Shown here: positions 23,808 through 34,276 of the stretch, one piece after another
Numbering within the stretch: the first letter of the stretch is position 1
Layout of the letters: each line of letters opens with the position of its first letter
NCBI GenBank assembly: GCA_024346625.1
Contig: AP024664.1
Coordinates: forward strand, 2,542,001 to 2,606,000
Source of the DNA: Williopsis jadinii
Taxonomy: Eukaryota
Direction: 5' to 3'
DNA length: 64,000 nt
Translations under genes and position numbers: made by a program
The notes under the pieces: generated by a model
Told to the model about the DNA's origin: nothing
Seen by the model: the letters and a program-made list of their open reading frames with translations, nothing else
The model's database searches: none

Positions 23808-24587
23808 ATGGCTATTGAAAACACTGTTGTGGTTCCAGCATACCACGAGAAGCTCAACATCAGACCTCTCACCACTAGACTCTTTGCTGCTTTGGGCAAT
23901 GGCGATTCCAAGAAGACCGAGTTGATCTTTGTCGATGATAACTCCAACGACGGTTCTGTTGAAGAGGTTGAGAAGCTCAAGACCGAAGGTTACAATGTTA
24001 GAATCATTGTCAGAACCAAGGAAAGAGGTCTCAGTTCGGCAGTTATGAGAGGCTTTGAAGAAGGTCAAGGTGAATACTTGCTCTGTATGGATGCTGATTT
24101 ACAGCATCCACCAGAGAGTGTTCCAGATTTCTTCAAGGCTCTCAGAGAGTACCCATTTGTTATCGGCACAAGATATGCCGATGGTGTTGGTATCGATAAA
24201 GACTGGCCATTGTATCGTCGTGTAATCTCATCGGGTGCGAGACTGCTTGCAAGACCTTTGACACCTGCATCAGACCCAATGAGTGGGTTCTTTGGTTTGC
24301 AGAAAAAATACTTGAAGGGAGCAAACAACATCGACACCCAAGGCTTCAAAATCGCCTTGGAGCTGCTGGCCAAGTTGCCATTACCAAGTAAAAACCCAAT
24401 TGGTGAGGTGCCATACTCATTCGGTGTTAGAACCGAAGGTGAGTCGAAACTTTCCAGCAAAGTCATGATCCAATACCTTGAGCAATTGAAGGAATTGTAC
24501 CTCTTCAAATACGGTGCCGGCCCATTGCTTGCAGTTTTAGTCCTCTTGGTTGTCGTTGCGTTCTACATTCTTAGCTTGGTGTTTTAA
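23808..24587 (+). CDS. DPM1: Dolichol-phosphate mannosyltransferase (S. cerevisiae type, with C-terminal TM)
   Basis: GT2 motifs VVVPAYHEKLNI, IFVDDNSNDGS and CMDADLQHPP. Confidence 0.97.
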   Translation: MAIENTVVVPAYHEKLNIRPLTTRLFAALGNGDSKKTELIFVDDNSNDGSVEEVEKLKTEGYNVRIIVRTKERGLSSAVMRGFEEGQGEYLLCMDADLQHPPESVPDFFKALREYPFVIGTRYADGVGIDKDWPLYRRVISSGARLLARPLTPASDPMSGFFGLQKKYLKGANNIDTQGFKIALELLAKLPLPSKNPIGEVPYSFGVRTEGESKLSSKVMIQYLEQLKELYLFKYGAGPLLAVLVLLVVVAFYILSLVF

Positions 24588-24833
24588 TACATTGTGATCC
24601 GTTAGGCTGTCAACTTATGTGCATAGTAACGTGGTGATGTTCGGTACGGACCCTCCATACATGCCACCCGTGCATTAGCCCCCTCCCCCCGACAAGGGCT
24701 GCGCAGCGGGAAAAGCAACCAAAACCGTAGCAAGTTCTCATTGCAACAGTAAAGATCTTTTGTAACCGTATCGAAAACACCGTTCCACCACTCCTGGATA
24801 CAACTTTCGGTTCACAACGAAACTCAGCGTTCA

Positions 24834-27800
24834 ATGACTACGCTATTGCTAAGAGTTGACGAGAACGGCCATCCTTCCAATGATGGTGTGAAGTTTCTGC
24901 CTTCTTTACCGTTACCGAAGGATTATAACAAGGGTGGCTTTCTTTTCAACGTTAGATTGTTCCTCCCAGCTTCTTGTCGTATAGCAAGAAACGGTAGGAT
25001 ATGGACAAACGTTCCACCTGATCCTGCAATTGAATTCCACAGAGACAGTTTCTACAAGAAGACGATCCCAGAGCAGTTCACGTCTGATATCGAGATTGAT
25101 ATCAAAGTTTATCAACCAGGATGTTACTCCTACTACGCTTCGTTTACCGGTGATGACGGCAAGTTGGAAACTACGAGAAGATTCTACTTTGTGGTACCCC
25201 CTTCTCTCTACATTGGTGATACTTTCCTGCCTTTGAATTCTATCGCTATGGAGTCTGTTGTTTCAAAATGGCTCGGTCCTAGGGAGAAGTGGGACGTCGT
25301 GTTCAAGGATGTCAAGCGTAAGGGTTATAACATGGTTCATTTCACACCGCTACAGCAACGTGGTGAGTCCAACTCTCCATACTCGATCTATGATCAGACT
25401 GAGTTTGATAAGGATCTGTTCAAAGATGAGGAGGATGTTGAGTCCTTCATCTCCCACTTACACAAGGACTATGGATTGCTGTCTGTTACTGATATAGTTC
25501 TAAACCATACTGCGAATAATTCACAGTGGTTGAGGGAACACCCAGAGGCTGGCTATAACAAGGAAACTGCTCCACACTTGACATCTGCTATTGAACTAGA
25601 TGGTGAGCTTTTGAAATTTAGCAGCAAGTTAAGAACCCTGGGATACCCAACAGAGGTAAACAGCATCGAGGATTTGCTGTCAATTATGGAAGGTATTAAG
25701 GAACATGTTATTGGAACATTAAAGCTGTGGGAATTTTATGTGGTGAATGTTGAAGACACATTGGAGAGCACTAAGAAGGTTTGGTCCACAACTTCTAAAG
25801 GTTCAACGGTGATTGACGTTCCTGATGAGGTAAAATCTTCGACTGAAAGGATTGCTGAATTCGTTTCAGATGTTGCTGGCACCTTTACGCTAAAGCATAG
25901 ATACTCCAATGCAGTCGAGCCAGTGATCTTCGCCGCTATTCTTCAATCGATCTATGGTGATGGTGACTTTGTTGACATTGAGCAAAGAGCCAAGGAGATC
26001 TTGAACGAGGTAAACTTGCCTCTGTACAAGGCATACGATGGTGATATCAGCATTATTCTGGAACAGTTGTTCAACAGAATCAAGTACCTTAGACTCGATA
26101 GCCACGGGCCAAGACTAGGTAAAATCACAGAGTCGAGTCCATTGACTGAGCCATACTTTACTCGTTTTACTGGAACTGATGGAAATGAGTACCAGTTGGC
26201 CAATAACGGTTGGATTTGGGGTGGTGATCCTTTGGTTGATTTTGCCTCTGACAAATCCAAGAACTATTTGCTACGTGAAGTCATCATTTGGGGAGACTGC
26301 GTCAAATTGCGTTATGGAAAAGGACCACAGGACTCTGAATACCTCTGGTCGAGAATGTCCAGATATGTTCAGATCAACGCTAGAATATTTGATGGGTTCC
26401 GTATCGACAACTGCCATTCGACGCCTCTCCATGTGGGTGAATACTTCCTGGACCTTGCAAGAAAGACAAACCCTCACCTATACATTGTGGCTGAACTATT
26501 TACTGGTTCAGAGTCTATTGACAATCTCTTTGTTGAGAGATTGGGTATCACTTCTTTGATCAGAGAAGCCATGCAAGCGTGGTCTGTTGAAGAACTCTCA
26601 AGACTTGTTCATAGACATGCTGGTGCCCCAATTGGTTCCTTCCAGCCATTACCACTCGATGATTTTGCTTATCCTGCAAAAAATGAGGGCTTTTTGATCA
26701 ACGACACTCTATCAGAGATCCAAATCCCACGTATTTTGGAATCAACCAAGACCCACGCGTTGTTTATGGATTGTACGCATGATAACGAAACTCCGTTTGA
26801 CAAGAGAACAGTTGAAGACACTTTGCCAAACGCCGCACTTGTGTCATTATGTTCCACAGCCGTTGGATCTGTCTTTGGGTACGATGAGTGCTACCCACAT
26901 CTGTTAGATGTGGTTAACGAGAAGAGAATGTATACCGTTGGTGGTGGAATTGGAGATGTGAAGGAGAAACTTTACAATATTAGAAAGTCGATTTCTGATT
27001 CGTCGTTTATTGCAGAGGATCATGAAATGCACGTACACCATGATGGTCAATATGTCACCCTTCAGCGTGTCAATGCTAAAACTGGAGAAGGTTGGTTCCT
27101 CATCACCAGATCGAAGTTTTACCAGGACCAGGATCAATGGTTGGCTCCTATTGTATTGAAAGGAACCACAGCTGAATTTCAATTTGCTTATACATTAGTA
27201 AGAACTGGTGATCCAAGCAAGGATGACAAGTACATAACTGGTGTTCCTACGGAAGTGCGTTCTTTGCAACCTTTGAGAGTTGAACATTCCGATGGTGACG
27301 CTCACATCAGACTTCCAGACGAGTTCCCACAAGGTTCTATTGCAATTTTGAAAACACAGTTCAACTCAGTTGATAGTAAACTTGACTCATTCTTGCGTAC
27401 CGGTGCTGTTGATTCTACAAAGGGACTCTCCCTGAGTGATATCAACGTTCTCTTGTACAGATGCGAGTCTGAAGAGAGAGATGCAAGCGCTGGAACTGAT
27501 GGTGTTTACAACATTCCAAACTACGGACGTTTGGTGTACGCTGGATTACAAGGTTGGATATCTGTGTTACGAAATGTGATTAATTCAAACGATTTAGCAC
27601 ATCCTATTGCACAGCACTTGCGTAACGGTACCTGGGCCTTGGACTATGTCACTAGAAGACTGGACAAGTATTCTGATGGTGATGGTGTTGATACATTCCG
27701 TATATGGCTGAAACATAGAATGGAGAGGATCAAGGAGGTTCCATTCTTCTTGGTTCCAAGATACTTTGCTCTGGTTATAGGAGTTGCCTATGAAGCTTTA

Positions 27801-29324
27801 AGACTGAAGGCTTTATGTCTTTTATCGGCAGAAATCCAAACTGGCAATCTCTTTGTCCAACGTTTGGCCCTCACATCCTACCAGATGGTTGGAGAGATGC
27901 GTTCAACTTCTCTTTCACCATTCAAAGCTGTCGAGTGTATGGCTGCTGGTCTTCCTCACTTCAGTTACGATTATATGAGATGTTGGGGCAGGGACGTGTT
28001 CATCTCCACTAGAGGCTTGTTGCTTGCTACAGGGAGATTTGACGATGCTAAGAATCACATCCTGAATTTTGCTTCAACGTTGAAACACGGATTGATCCCA
28101 AACTTGTTGGATGCTGGAAGAAACCCTCGTTACAACGCAAGAGATGCGGCTTGGTTCTTTGTTCAGTGTATTCAGGATTATGTTGATATTGTACCAAATG
28201 GTGAAGAAATTTTGAAGGAGAAGGTTAAGAGACGATTCCCTTTGGATGACAGATACATCACTTTTGACGATCCAGAGGCGTTCAGTTATGAGACTTCAAT
28301 CGAGGATATCGTTTATGAGATCCTTAGTCGTCATGCGAAGGGTATCGAATACCGTGAAGCCAATGCTGGTCCACGCTTGGATAGTCAGATGAAGGATGAA
28401 GGTTTTAACGTGAAAATTTTTGTTGACTGGACCACTGGGTTGGTTCATGGTGGTTCTCAACTCAACTGTGGTACTTGGATGGACAAGATGGGTGAAAGTT
28501 CCAAAGCTGGGAACAAGGGTATTCCTGGGACTCCTAGAGATGGTGCGGATGTCGAAATAAACGGTCTCTTGAAAAGCTGTTTAAGGTTTGTGATTTCTCT
28601 GAACAAGCGTGGTCTCTTTAAGTATACGGAAGTTATCAAGGATGACGGTTCCAAGATATCTCTCCAGGACTGGAATCAGCTCATACAGGATAAGTTTGAA
28701 TGGGCGTTCTACGTCCCAAAGGATCCAAAGGATGACCACAAGTATGCGGTTAACCCCAATATTGTGAACAGAAGAGGCATTTACAAGGATATTTACAAAT
28801 CAGGCAAAGAATACGAAGACTACCAACTCAGACCAAATTTTGCCATTGCCATGACTGTTGCACCAGAGCTCTTTGACCCGCAGAGGGCTTACGATGCTCT
28901 GAAATTAGCAGATGAAGTTATTCGTGGGCCACTAGGTATGAGAACTTTAGATCCATCTGATTTGAACTATAGACCAAACTATATCAACTCTGATGACTCT
29001 GACGACTTTGCTGTTGCCAAGGGAAGAAACTACCACCAAGGTCCAGAATGGGTATGGTGTATGGGCTTCTTCCTAAGGGCATTGCAGAAGTTCCACCTAA
29101 AAGTTTACCATGAAACCAGCTCCACTGCAGTTGCCGATCTTTACCAGATTCTCACCGTCAGACTCGACAGACATAGACATTGGATCAGAGAAAGTCCATG
29201 GGCCGGTCTCACCGAGCTGACAAATAAGGATGGTGCTCTATGTTCTGACTCGTCACCTTCACAGGCGTGGAGCACTAGTTGTTTGCTTGATGTATACTAC
29301 GACATCTGGAGTGATAAAATTTAA
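24834..29324 (+). CDS. GDB1: Glycogen debranching enzyme
   Basis: 1496 aa with GFRIDNCHSTPLHV, RCWGRDVFIS and YHQGPEWVW. Confidence 0.98.
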   Translation: MTTLLLRVDENGHPSNDGVKFLPSLPLPKDYNKGGFLFNVRLFLPASCRIARNGRIWTNVPPDPAIEFHRDSFYKKTIPEQFTSDIEIDIKVYQPGCYSYYASFTGDDGKLETTRRFYFVVPPSLYIGDTFLPLNSIAMESVVSKWLGPREKWDVVFKDVKRKGYNMVHFTPLQQRGESNSPYSIYDQTEFDKDLFKDEEDVESFISHLHKDYGLLSVTDIVLNHTANNSQWLREHPEAGYNKETAPHLTSAIELDGELLKFSSKLRTLGYPTEVNSIEDLLSIMEGIKEHVIGTLKLWEFYVVNVEDTLESTKKVWSTTSKGSTVIDVPDEVKSSTERIAEFVSDVAGTFTLKHRYSNAVEPVIFAAILQSIYGDGDFVDIEQRAKEILNEVNLPLYKAYDGDISIILEQLFNRIKYLRLDSHGPRLGKITESSPLTEPYFTRFTGTDGNEYQLANNGWIWGGDPLVDFASDKSKNYLLREVIIWGDCVKLRYGKGPQDSEYLWSRMSRYVQINARIFDGFRIDNCHSTPLHVGEYFLDLARKTNPHLYIVAELFTGSESIDNLFVERLGITSLIREAMQAWSVEELSRLVHRHAGAPIGSFQPLPLDDFAYPAKNEGFLINDTLSEIQIPRILESTKTHALFMDCTHDNETPFDKRTVEDTLPNAALVSLCSTAVGSVFGYDECYPHLLDVVNEKRMYTVGGGIGDVKEKLYNIRKSISDSSFIAEDHEMHVHHDGQYVTLQRVNAKTGEGWFLITRSKFYQDQDQWLAPIVLKGTTAEFQFAYTLVRTGDPSKDDKYITGVPTEVRSLQPLRVEHSDGDAHIRLPDEFPQGSIAILKTQFNSVDSKLDSFLRTGAVDSTKGLSLSDINVLLYRCESEERDASAGTDGVYNIPNYGRLVYAGLQGWISVLRNVINSNDLAHPIAQHLRNGTWALDYVTRRLDKYSDGDGVDTFRIWLKHRMERIKEVPFFLVPRYFALVIGVAYEALRLKALCLLSAEIQTGNLFVQRLALTSYQMVGEMRSTSLSPFKAVECMAAGLPHFSYDYMRCWGRDVFISTRGLLLATGRFDDAKNHILNFASTLKHGLIPNLLDAGRNPRYNARDAAWFFVQCIQDYVDIVPNGEEILKEKVKRRFPLDDRYITFDDPEAFSYETSIEDIVYEILSRHAKGIEYREANAGPRLDSQMKDEGFNVKIFVDWTTGLVHGGSQLNCGTWMDKMGESSKAGNKGIPGTPRDGADVEINGLLKSCLRFVISLNKRGLFKYTEVIKDDGSKISLQDWNQLIQDKFEWAFYVPKDPKDDHKYAVNPNIVNRRGIYKDIYKSGKEYEDYQLRPNFAIAMTVAPELFDPQRAYDALKLADEVIRGPLGMRTLDPSDLNYRPNYINSDDSDDFAVAKGRNYHQGPEWVWCMGFFLRALQKFHLKVYHETSSTAVADLYQILTVRLDRHRHWIRESPWAGLTELTNKDGALCSDSSPSQAWSTSCLLDVYYDIWSDKI

Positions 29325-29696
29325 CCTCCGACTCCACCCCATATTTTGCTTAGAGAGCTTTATACATTAGATTGAACTATTAGATTAGTGTTATTTTTTT
29401 GATTACCATCAACCACATCATAACAGAAACAAAAGGGTCTTTATTTGATTTGAGCGTCATCTGGTGTAGCTGGCACAGGTTGGTCACATGTTGATTGCGT
29501 TATCTCTAAGGCTGAGAACGGGGTAAAAACGCGATAGTGGGTCACAACCAGAAATTTGCCTATATAATCAGCGCACTACTATAATTAGGCAGATAGAGCC
29601 TCCTCTTCCACCGTCGTATAAAAACACTGAAGGAACCCGCCACCATAATAAGGAGCAATAGTGCTGTTGCCGTGGTATCACATTTCATCACCAGCA

Positions 29697-31418
29697 ATGT
29701 CAGCATCCAACAAGAAGGAAAAGATTGGACAGGTGGTGCAGAACTTCTACCTCAAGGCTGCCAATGTGATTGTGCAATCGCGTCAAACCAATGGCCAAGG
29801 GGAACAACAAGAGCCACCGAGTATTGGTGGTGACAAATCCGCTGGGAAGCTGAACAAGTGGTTTAACTTGAATACCAATGATCTGCCACGTGAAGATCTC
29901 AAGCCATGGAAGACAGGCTCTGTATCGTCGCTCCCGCCGTTGGTTGTTGAGACGTACCTAGACTTGAGATCACTAACGCCCAAACATGCCCTGCTGGTAA
30001 AGGATGAGCAAGGTGGTACATGGAATATCAACACAAAGAAGTCAGAGATAGTGATGGAAAGATGGCTTATCGAGTTGGATCGAGACGTGTTTACGGAGGA
30101 AGATGTAGAGGAGGAGGACTTGCCCCTCGTGTACAAGAAGTTGATCCTAACATTCCGATACTTGTTTGTCATTTCAAGGCTGTTGCCATGTTTCAAGTTG
30201 ATGAAGAAGTTGAACAAGGCGAATTTGACCCGGGTTCCTCTGAGGGTTGGCGCTAGAATCATGGATGGCACCAAACAGATAGTGTCGAGAGGGAGAATTG
30301 GGTTGAGTAAGCCTATGGTTACAACATCGGAGGACCATCTTCTCAAGAAATATATGAGCCCAGTGACCACTCGTTTGGGAGCGTTGAGAATATCTGTGAC
30401 TTACCGTAAGCACATCAACTTCCAAATCAGCGATAACGAGGAATCCCTATCGAATCATTTTCAACACATTGACAAGTATAAGAATACTGCATCAGTTCTA
30501 AAGACGTTCAAATTAGGACAGGCATCGCCGCCAACCAGTGTTTCTTCATCAACGAGGAACGGTTCAAATGGTTCGATTGCTCAGGCCCTCAAGATACAAA
30601 GAAGCGGGTCTACCGGTACAACAAACAACGTTAACGCTAATAGTAACAACATCAACTCAATTCCAAGATCAATAACATCATCCGTGGGGTCTATGGGTAT
30701 CCCTCAACACCCCCAGGATGTTCCAATATCATCTGGGAGCACTCCTAAGTACTCTTCCTCCTTTGGTAAGATTACAAGACGCTCCAGTTTGAGAAGATCA
30801 TCGTTGTCAAGTTCCAAACAGCCATCACCGGTTGACGACGATGAGATAAATGATTTTGTGAGGATGTTGGATAACAAATCAGATCTCCAATTGCACTACT
30901 CCAACAATGTTCGTGATTCCTTGGAGAAGTACCAAATGCTAAAGAGTCGAAATGATCTATTGACTGAAAGCATGACTGCAAGCATGTACTCCAAATCCCA
31001 CTCACCTCCGCCTTCTATTCCTGCTGCCGGCACACCGTCAAGTTCACTATGGCCACACAGACAAACTTCTGGCTCTCCTCGCTCAGCATATAATTATTCA
31101 ATCCCAATGATGCCGTCCAAGTTATCTGAGACAACAAGCAGTAATGAATCATTGCCTGTTAGAGATAAGAGTGGTCCAATATCTAGGGCTGGTTCTGCAT
31201 CACCTGGCTCAATATTCAAGAGAAGTGGAACAAAGACATTTAATATTGGTCCTTCAACCCCTACAATTGCATCAACACAAACACATGCTAAACTACATCG
31301 TACTCATCAAACTGGATCCATAGATTCTGCACAGGAATTGCCAACCGCAACTCAAGGAGGCGATGAGGAAGATGATGAACTTCTCTTCACTATGAGCGAT
31401 ATGCACATTGCCAAATGA
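29697..31418 (+). CDS. ATG13: Autophagy protein Atg13
   Basis: N-terminal HORMA domain (NKWFNL, IVMERWLIEL), Ser-rich disordered region with KYSSSFG, C-terminal LLFTMSDM. First ATG is at 29697. Syntenic. Confidence 0.93.
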   Translation: MSASNKKEKIGQVVQNFYLKAANVIVQSRQTNGQGEQQEPPSIGGDKSAGKLNKWFNLNTNDLPREDLKPWKTGSVSSLPPLVVETYLDLRSLTPKHALLVKDEQGGTWNINTKKSEIVMERWLIELDRDVFTEEDVEEEDLPLVYKKLILTFRYLFVISRLLPCFKLMKKLNKANLTRVPLRVGARIMDGTKQIVSRGRIGLSKPMVTTSEDHLLKKYMSPVTTRLGALRISVTYRKHINFQISDNEESLSNHFQHIDKYKNTASVLKTFKLGQASPPTSVSSSTRNGSNGSIAQALKIQRSGSTGTTNNVNANSNNINSIPRSITSSVGSMGIPQHPQDVPISSGSTPKYSSSFGKITRRSSLRRSSLSSSKQPSPVDDDEINDFVRMLDNKSDLQLHYSNNVRDSLEKYQMLKSRNDLLTESMTASMYSKSHSPPPSIPAAGTPSSSLWPHRQTSGSPRSAYNYSIPMMPSKLSETTSSNESLPVRDKSGPISRAGSASPGSIFKRSGTKTFNIGPSTPTIASTQTHAKLHRTHQTGSIDSAQELPTATQGGDEEDDELLFTMSDMHIAK

Positions 31419-31552
31419 ACAAGTGAACGATTACACTTAACCGCAGACGAACGGCTATTTATGACGCTTACAATTCAATTTCAATGACTTTCTTTATTAC
31501 GCCTTTAGTATATAAAAGATTCCCGTCGTATTGTCCCTTGTATTAGATGTAT

Positions 31553-32674
31553 CTAGATCATTTCATCAGAATGATTGGGCGAAGAAACGATGCCATTTGT
31601 ATCTGATGTCCTAGAAACCATTAATAAACCCTTTGCTGCGTGCAATTCAGCACACTTTTCATGCCATGTCAAGTGTCTCTTTAGATCCATATCTCTTTTA
31701 AACATACGAGAACAGTTCTTATGGTGGCATTGTACAACATCATCAGGTTTTTTAACTGTTGACAATAATATTTCAATGGCTGGCTTCTTTGACAGCATTG
31801 TCTCCACCTTTTCCGTGCTGAGAATCCTAGAAGCCGGAGGTTCGCTCTTGGCTACGGCGATTTTGACACTGTTTGGTATAAACATGTGCACCTCGTTGCA
31901 ATGTGTCAACAGCTCCTCCTTTTTCAAGAACTCTGAAGGACATTCTGAGCATTTCCATCTTTTGTGAGATTTTTCATCGTCATGAACAAGCATGTGCATT
32001 CTTAAACCTTCTTGACCGACACATCCCTTTCCGCAAACAATGCACATCAACTTCGGATGGTCAGTCTTCATGTGCAGTTGCAGTGCAGACCAAGTCTTCA
32101 AGTGTTTTAAGCATCCAGGGTAATCGCACGGATAAGCTGGCGACGCACCATGGTGTCTTGTCATGTGGTTAGCCAACCTATATGGTCTCGGGAACGTTTT
32201 ACCACAATCCTTACATGTTAGCGTTTGCAAATGAACAGATTGAACATGGTGCCTCAGCTGCTGGTGTTTATAGAATGCCTCACCACACCCTTCGTAGTCA
32301 CATTCGAACGACTTTGTATGAGTAACTTCATGACGCTTCAGGTGCTGTCTGGTGTTGACACCTTTCCCGCATACCGAGCACTTGAAGGGCTTCTCATCCG
32401 AATGTGACAGCATATGCCTTTTCAAGTGTGACTCCCTGTAAAACGCACTTGAGCATATCTCACATGTAAACGGCCGTGAATCAGTGTGCGATCTTTGATG
32501 TTGTGTCAGAAGACTTGGTCTCGAGTATACCTTATCGCATCCCTCATAATCACAGTGGTAGATCTTGGGCCTTGATGACTGTGACGACGACCGTGAAGAG
32601 CCACACGACGTTAGCCCTGTGTCAACAGAATTTTCACGTCCTCTGGAGGAGCGTGAGGAGTCACCACTGACCAT
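31553..32674 (-). CDS. PZF1: Transcription factor IIIA (5S rRNA gene factor)
   Basis: Array of C2H2 fingers starting [25 protein letters not shown], with the last finger separated by a spacer. Divergent from RPO26, as in S. cerevisiae. Confidence 0.93.
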   Translation of the reverse strand: MVSGDSSRSSRGRENSVDTGLTSCGSSRSSSQSSRPKIYHCDYEGCDKVYSRPSLLTQHQRSHTDSRPFTCEICSSAFYRESHLKRHMLSHSDEKPFKCSVCGKGVNTRQHLKRHEVTHTKSFECDYEGCGEAFYKHQQLRHHVQSVHLQTLTCKDCGKTFPRPYRLANHMTRHHGASPAYPCDYPGCLKHLKTWSALQLHMKTDHPKLMCIVCGKGCVGQEGLRMHMLVHDDEKSHKRWKCSECPSEFLKKEELLTHCNEVHMFIPNSVKIAVAKSEPPASRILSTEKVETMLSKKPAIEILLSTVKKPDDVVQCHHKNCSRMFKRDMDLKRHLTWHEKCAELHAAKGLLMVSRTSDTNGIVSSPNHSDEMI

Positions 32675-32717
32675 TGTAAACCAAACAGTTGATGAGAAGA
32701 AGGTGTTTATATACAAA

Positions 32718-32750
32718 GCGATGAGATGTAATCGCTAAAAAAGTTTTTCT
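32718..32750. promoter_or_regulatory. PAC and RRPE-like motifs in the PZF1/RPO26 divergent promoter
   Basis: GCGATGAGATG at 32718, followed by AAAAAAGTTTTTC. Confidence 0.55.
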
Positions 32751-32958
32751 TTTGTACTGTCACAAAAAGAAAAAACAATGGGGGGGGGGGGAAACGATCA
32801 CGTGAGGCTTACATAATCACTTTTGTGTTTCTCCCAACACGGACGAAAACTTTTCTCAGCCTAAATTCATTAACCATCGTTTCGGTCTAAATTGGTGTTA
32901 GTTTCTCTCTCTAATTGCAAGGATTCGAGGTGTACAAGGGCGGCTCTCAGTATAAACA

Positions 32959-33414
32959 ATGTCTGATTACGGTGATGATGCATTCAACGAAGGTAACGAG
33001 AACTTTGAAGACTTTGACCAGGAGTACAACTCTGACTACGAAGACTTGCAACCAGTAGAGGAAGTTGCAGAAGATGGAAGAGTAATTGTCAACGGTGGTA
33101 CTGGAGCTGAGGGATTCAACAATGATCAACAAAGAAGAAAGACCACTAAGGAGCTTGCTATTCCTAAGGAGAAGAGAACAACGACTCCATATATGACCAA
33201 GTACGAAAGAGCCAGAATATTGGGTACCAGAGCACTGCAGATCTCCATGAATGCACCAGTGTTGGTGGACCTTGAAGGTGAAACTGATCCACTTCAAATC
33301 GCCCTTAAGGAGCTCTCTCAAAGCAAGATCCCACTTGTTATAAGAAGATACCTTCCGGATGGAAGTTATGAAGACTGGGGATGTGACGAGTTGATTGTGG
33401 ATATTGATGTCTAA
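32959..33414 (+). CDS. RPO26: RNA polymerase I/II/III shared subunit Rpb6 (intronless here)
   Basis: [27 protein letters not shown]. Confidence 0.98.
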   Translation: MSDYGDDAFNEGNENFEDFDQEYNSDYEDLQPVEEVAEDGRVIVNGGTGAEGFNNDQQRRKTTKELAIPKEKRTTTPYMTKYERARILGTRALQISMNAPVLVDLEGETDPLQIALKELSQSKIPLVIRRYLPDGSYEDWGCDELIVDIDV

Positions 33415-33587
33415 TTTTAAGGTGTAACATTACAAACTGGAAGTGGGGCGGTTCGACAAGAGAAGATAGTTAGAACAGTGTGTAACATAGAAGTCTATTT
33501 CACTATAGACCCAAACCCACCCACACACAAAACAAACATAATGAACGGGAAATTAAAAACAAAAGAAATACTTAGTAGAGGATCGAC

Positions 33588-34049
33588 CTAATTCGATAAA
33601 TAACTGATGAACTCTTTGCCGTTGAACACCTTCTCTCCATCCATACGCTCTTTGGCAAAGTCCGCCAATATGGAGTCCAATTCATCCGTGTCCATGCCAA
33701 CGTTCTTCAAACTCTCCCTCATTTCGTCCATATTGACCTCGCAATCAAAAGAAAACACCTGTAAGGCGCTTTGAATGTCTGACTTATCGGGCAACTGCGC
33801 CAAATCATTGGATATTAGAGAGAGGAAATCTGTGAACCCAACTTCACCTGATGCGAGCATCGAATCAATCTCTTGATCGCTCTTCTCGACGGATATCGAC
33901 TTGAACGTCTTCTGTAAATCTTCCTTGGAGATGGTCCCATCGCTATCCTGGTCCACTAGTTGAAACGCATCTCGAAGCCTTTCAATCTGTTCAGCAGGAA
34001 GCTGTGTAAGCTTGGAACGTTTCTGAGGACTTGTTAAACCATCTGACAT
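33588..34049 (-). CDS. MLC2: Myosin regulatory light chain (EF-hand)
   Basis: QIERLRDAFQLVDQDSDGTISKEDL; syntenic with RPO26. ATG at 34049. Confidence 0.85.
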   Translation of the reverse strand: MSDGLTSPQKRSKLTQLPAEQIERLRDAFQLVDQDSDGTISKEDLQKTFKSISVEKSDQEIDSMLASGEVGFTDFLSLISNDLAQLPDKSDIQSALQVFSFDCEVNMDEMRESLKNVGMDTDELDSILADFAKERMDGEKVFNGKEFISYLSN

Positions 34050-34276
34050 CTTTACAAATACGATAAGGTACCGCAATAACTGCTATGAGTAAAGAGCTCA
34101 AGATAGAGCTTGTTAAGGAAAAGTTGTGTTTATCTATTTCCCCTTTGAGCCAAATCCGAGGGTGTAAATATTTATTTGTTGGTATCGGTTAACCGGAACT
34201 CGGCTACTTCTAATATGGCGTTACAACCGATTTTATTAAGTGAATAACACTGTATTAACCTCATAGGTATTGGCTA

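Noticed and set aside
33440..33460. GGTTCGA B-box-like motif suggesting a tRNA
   Set aside because: No cloverleaf or A-box; no tRNA gene was found in the window.
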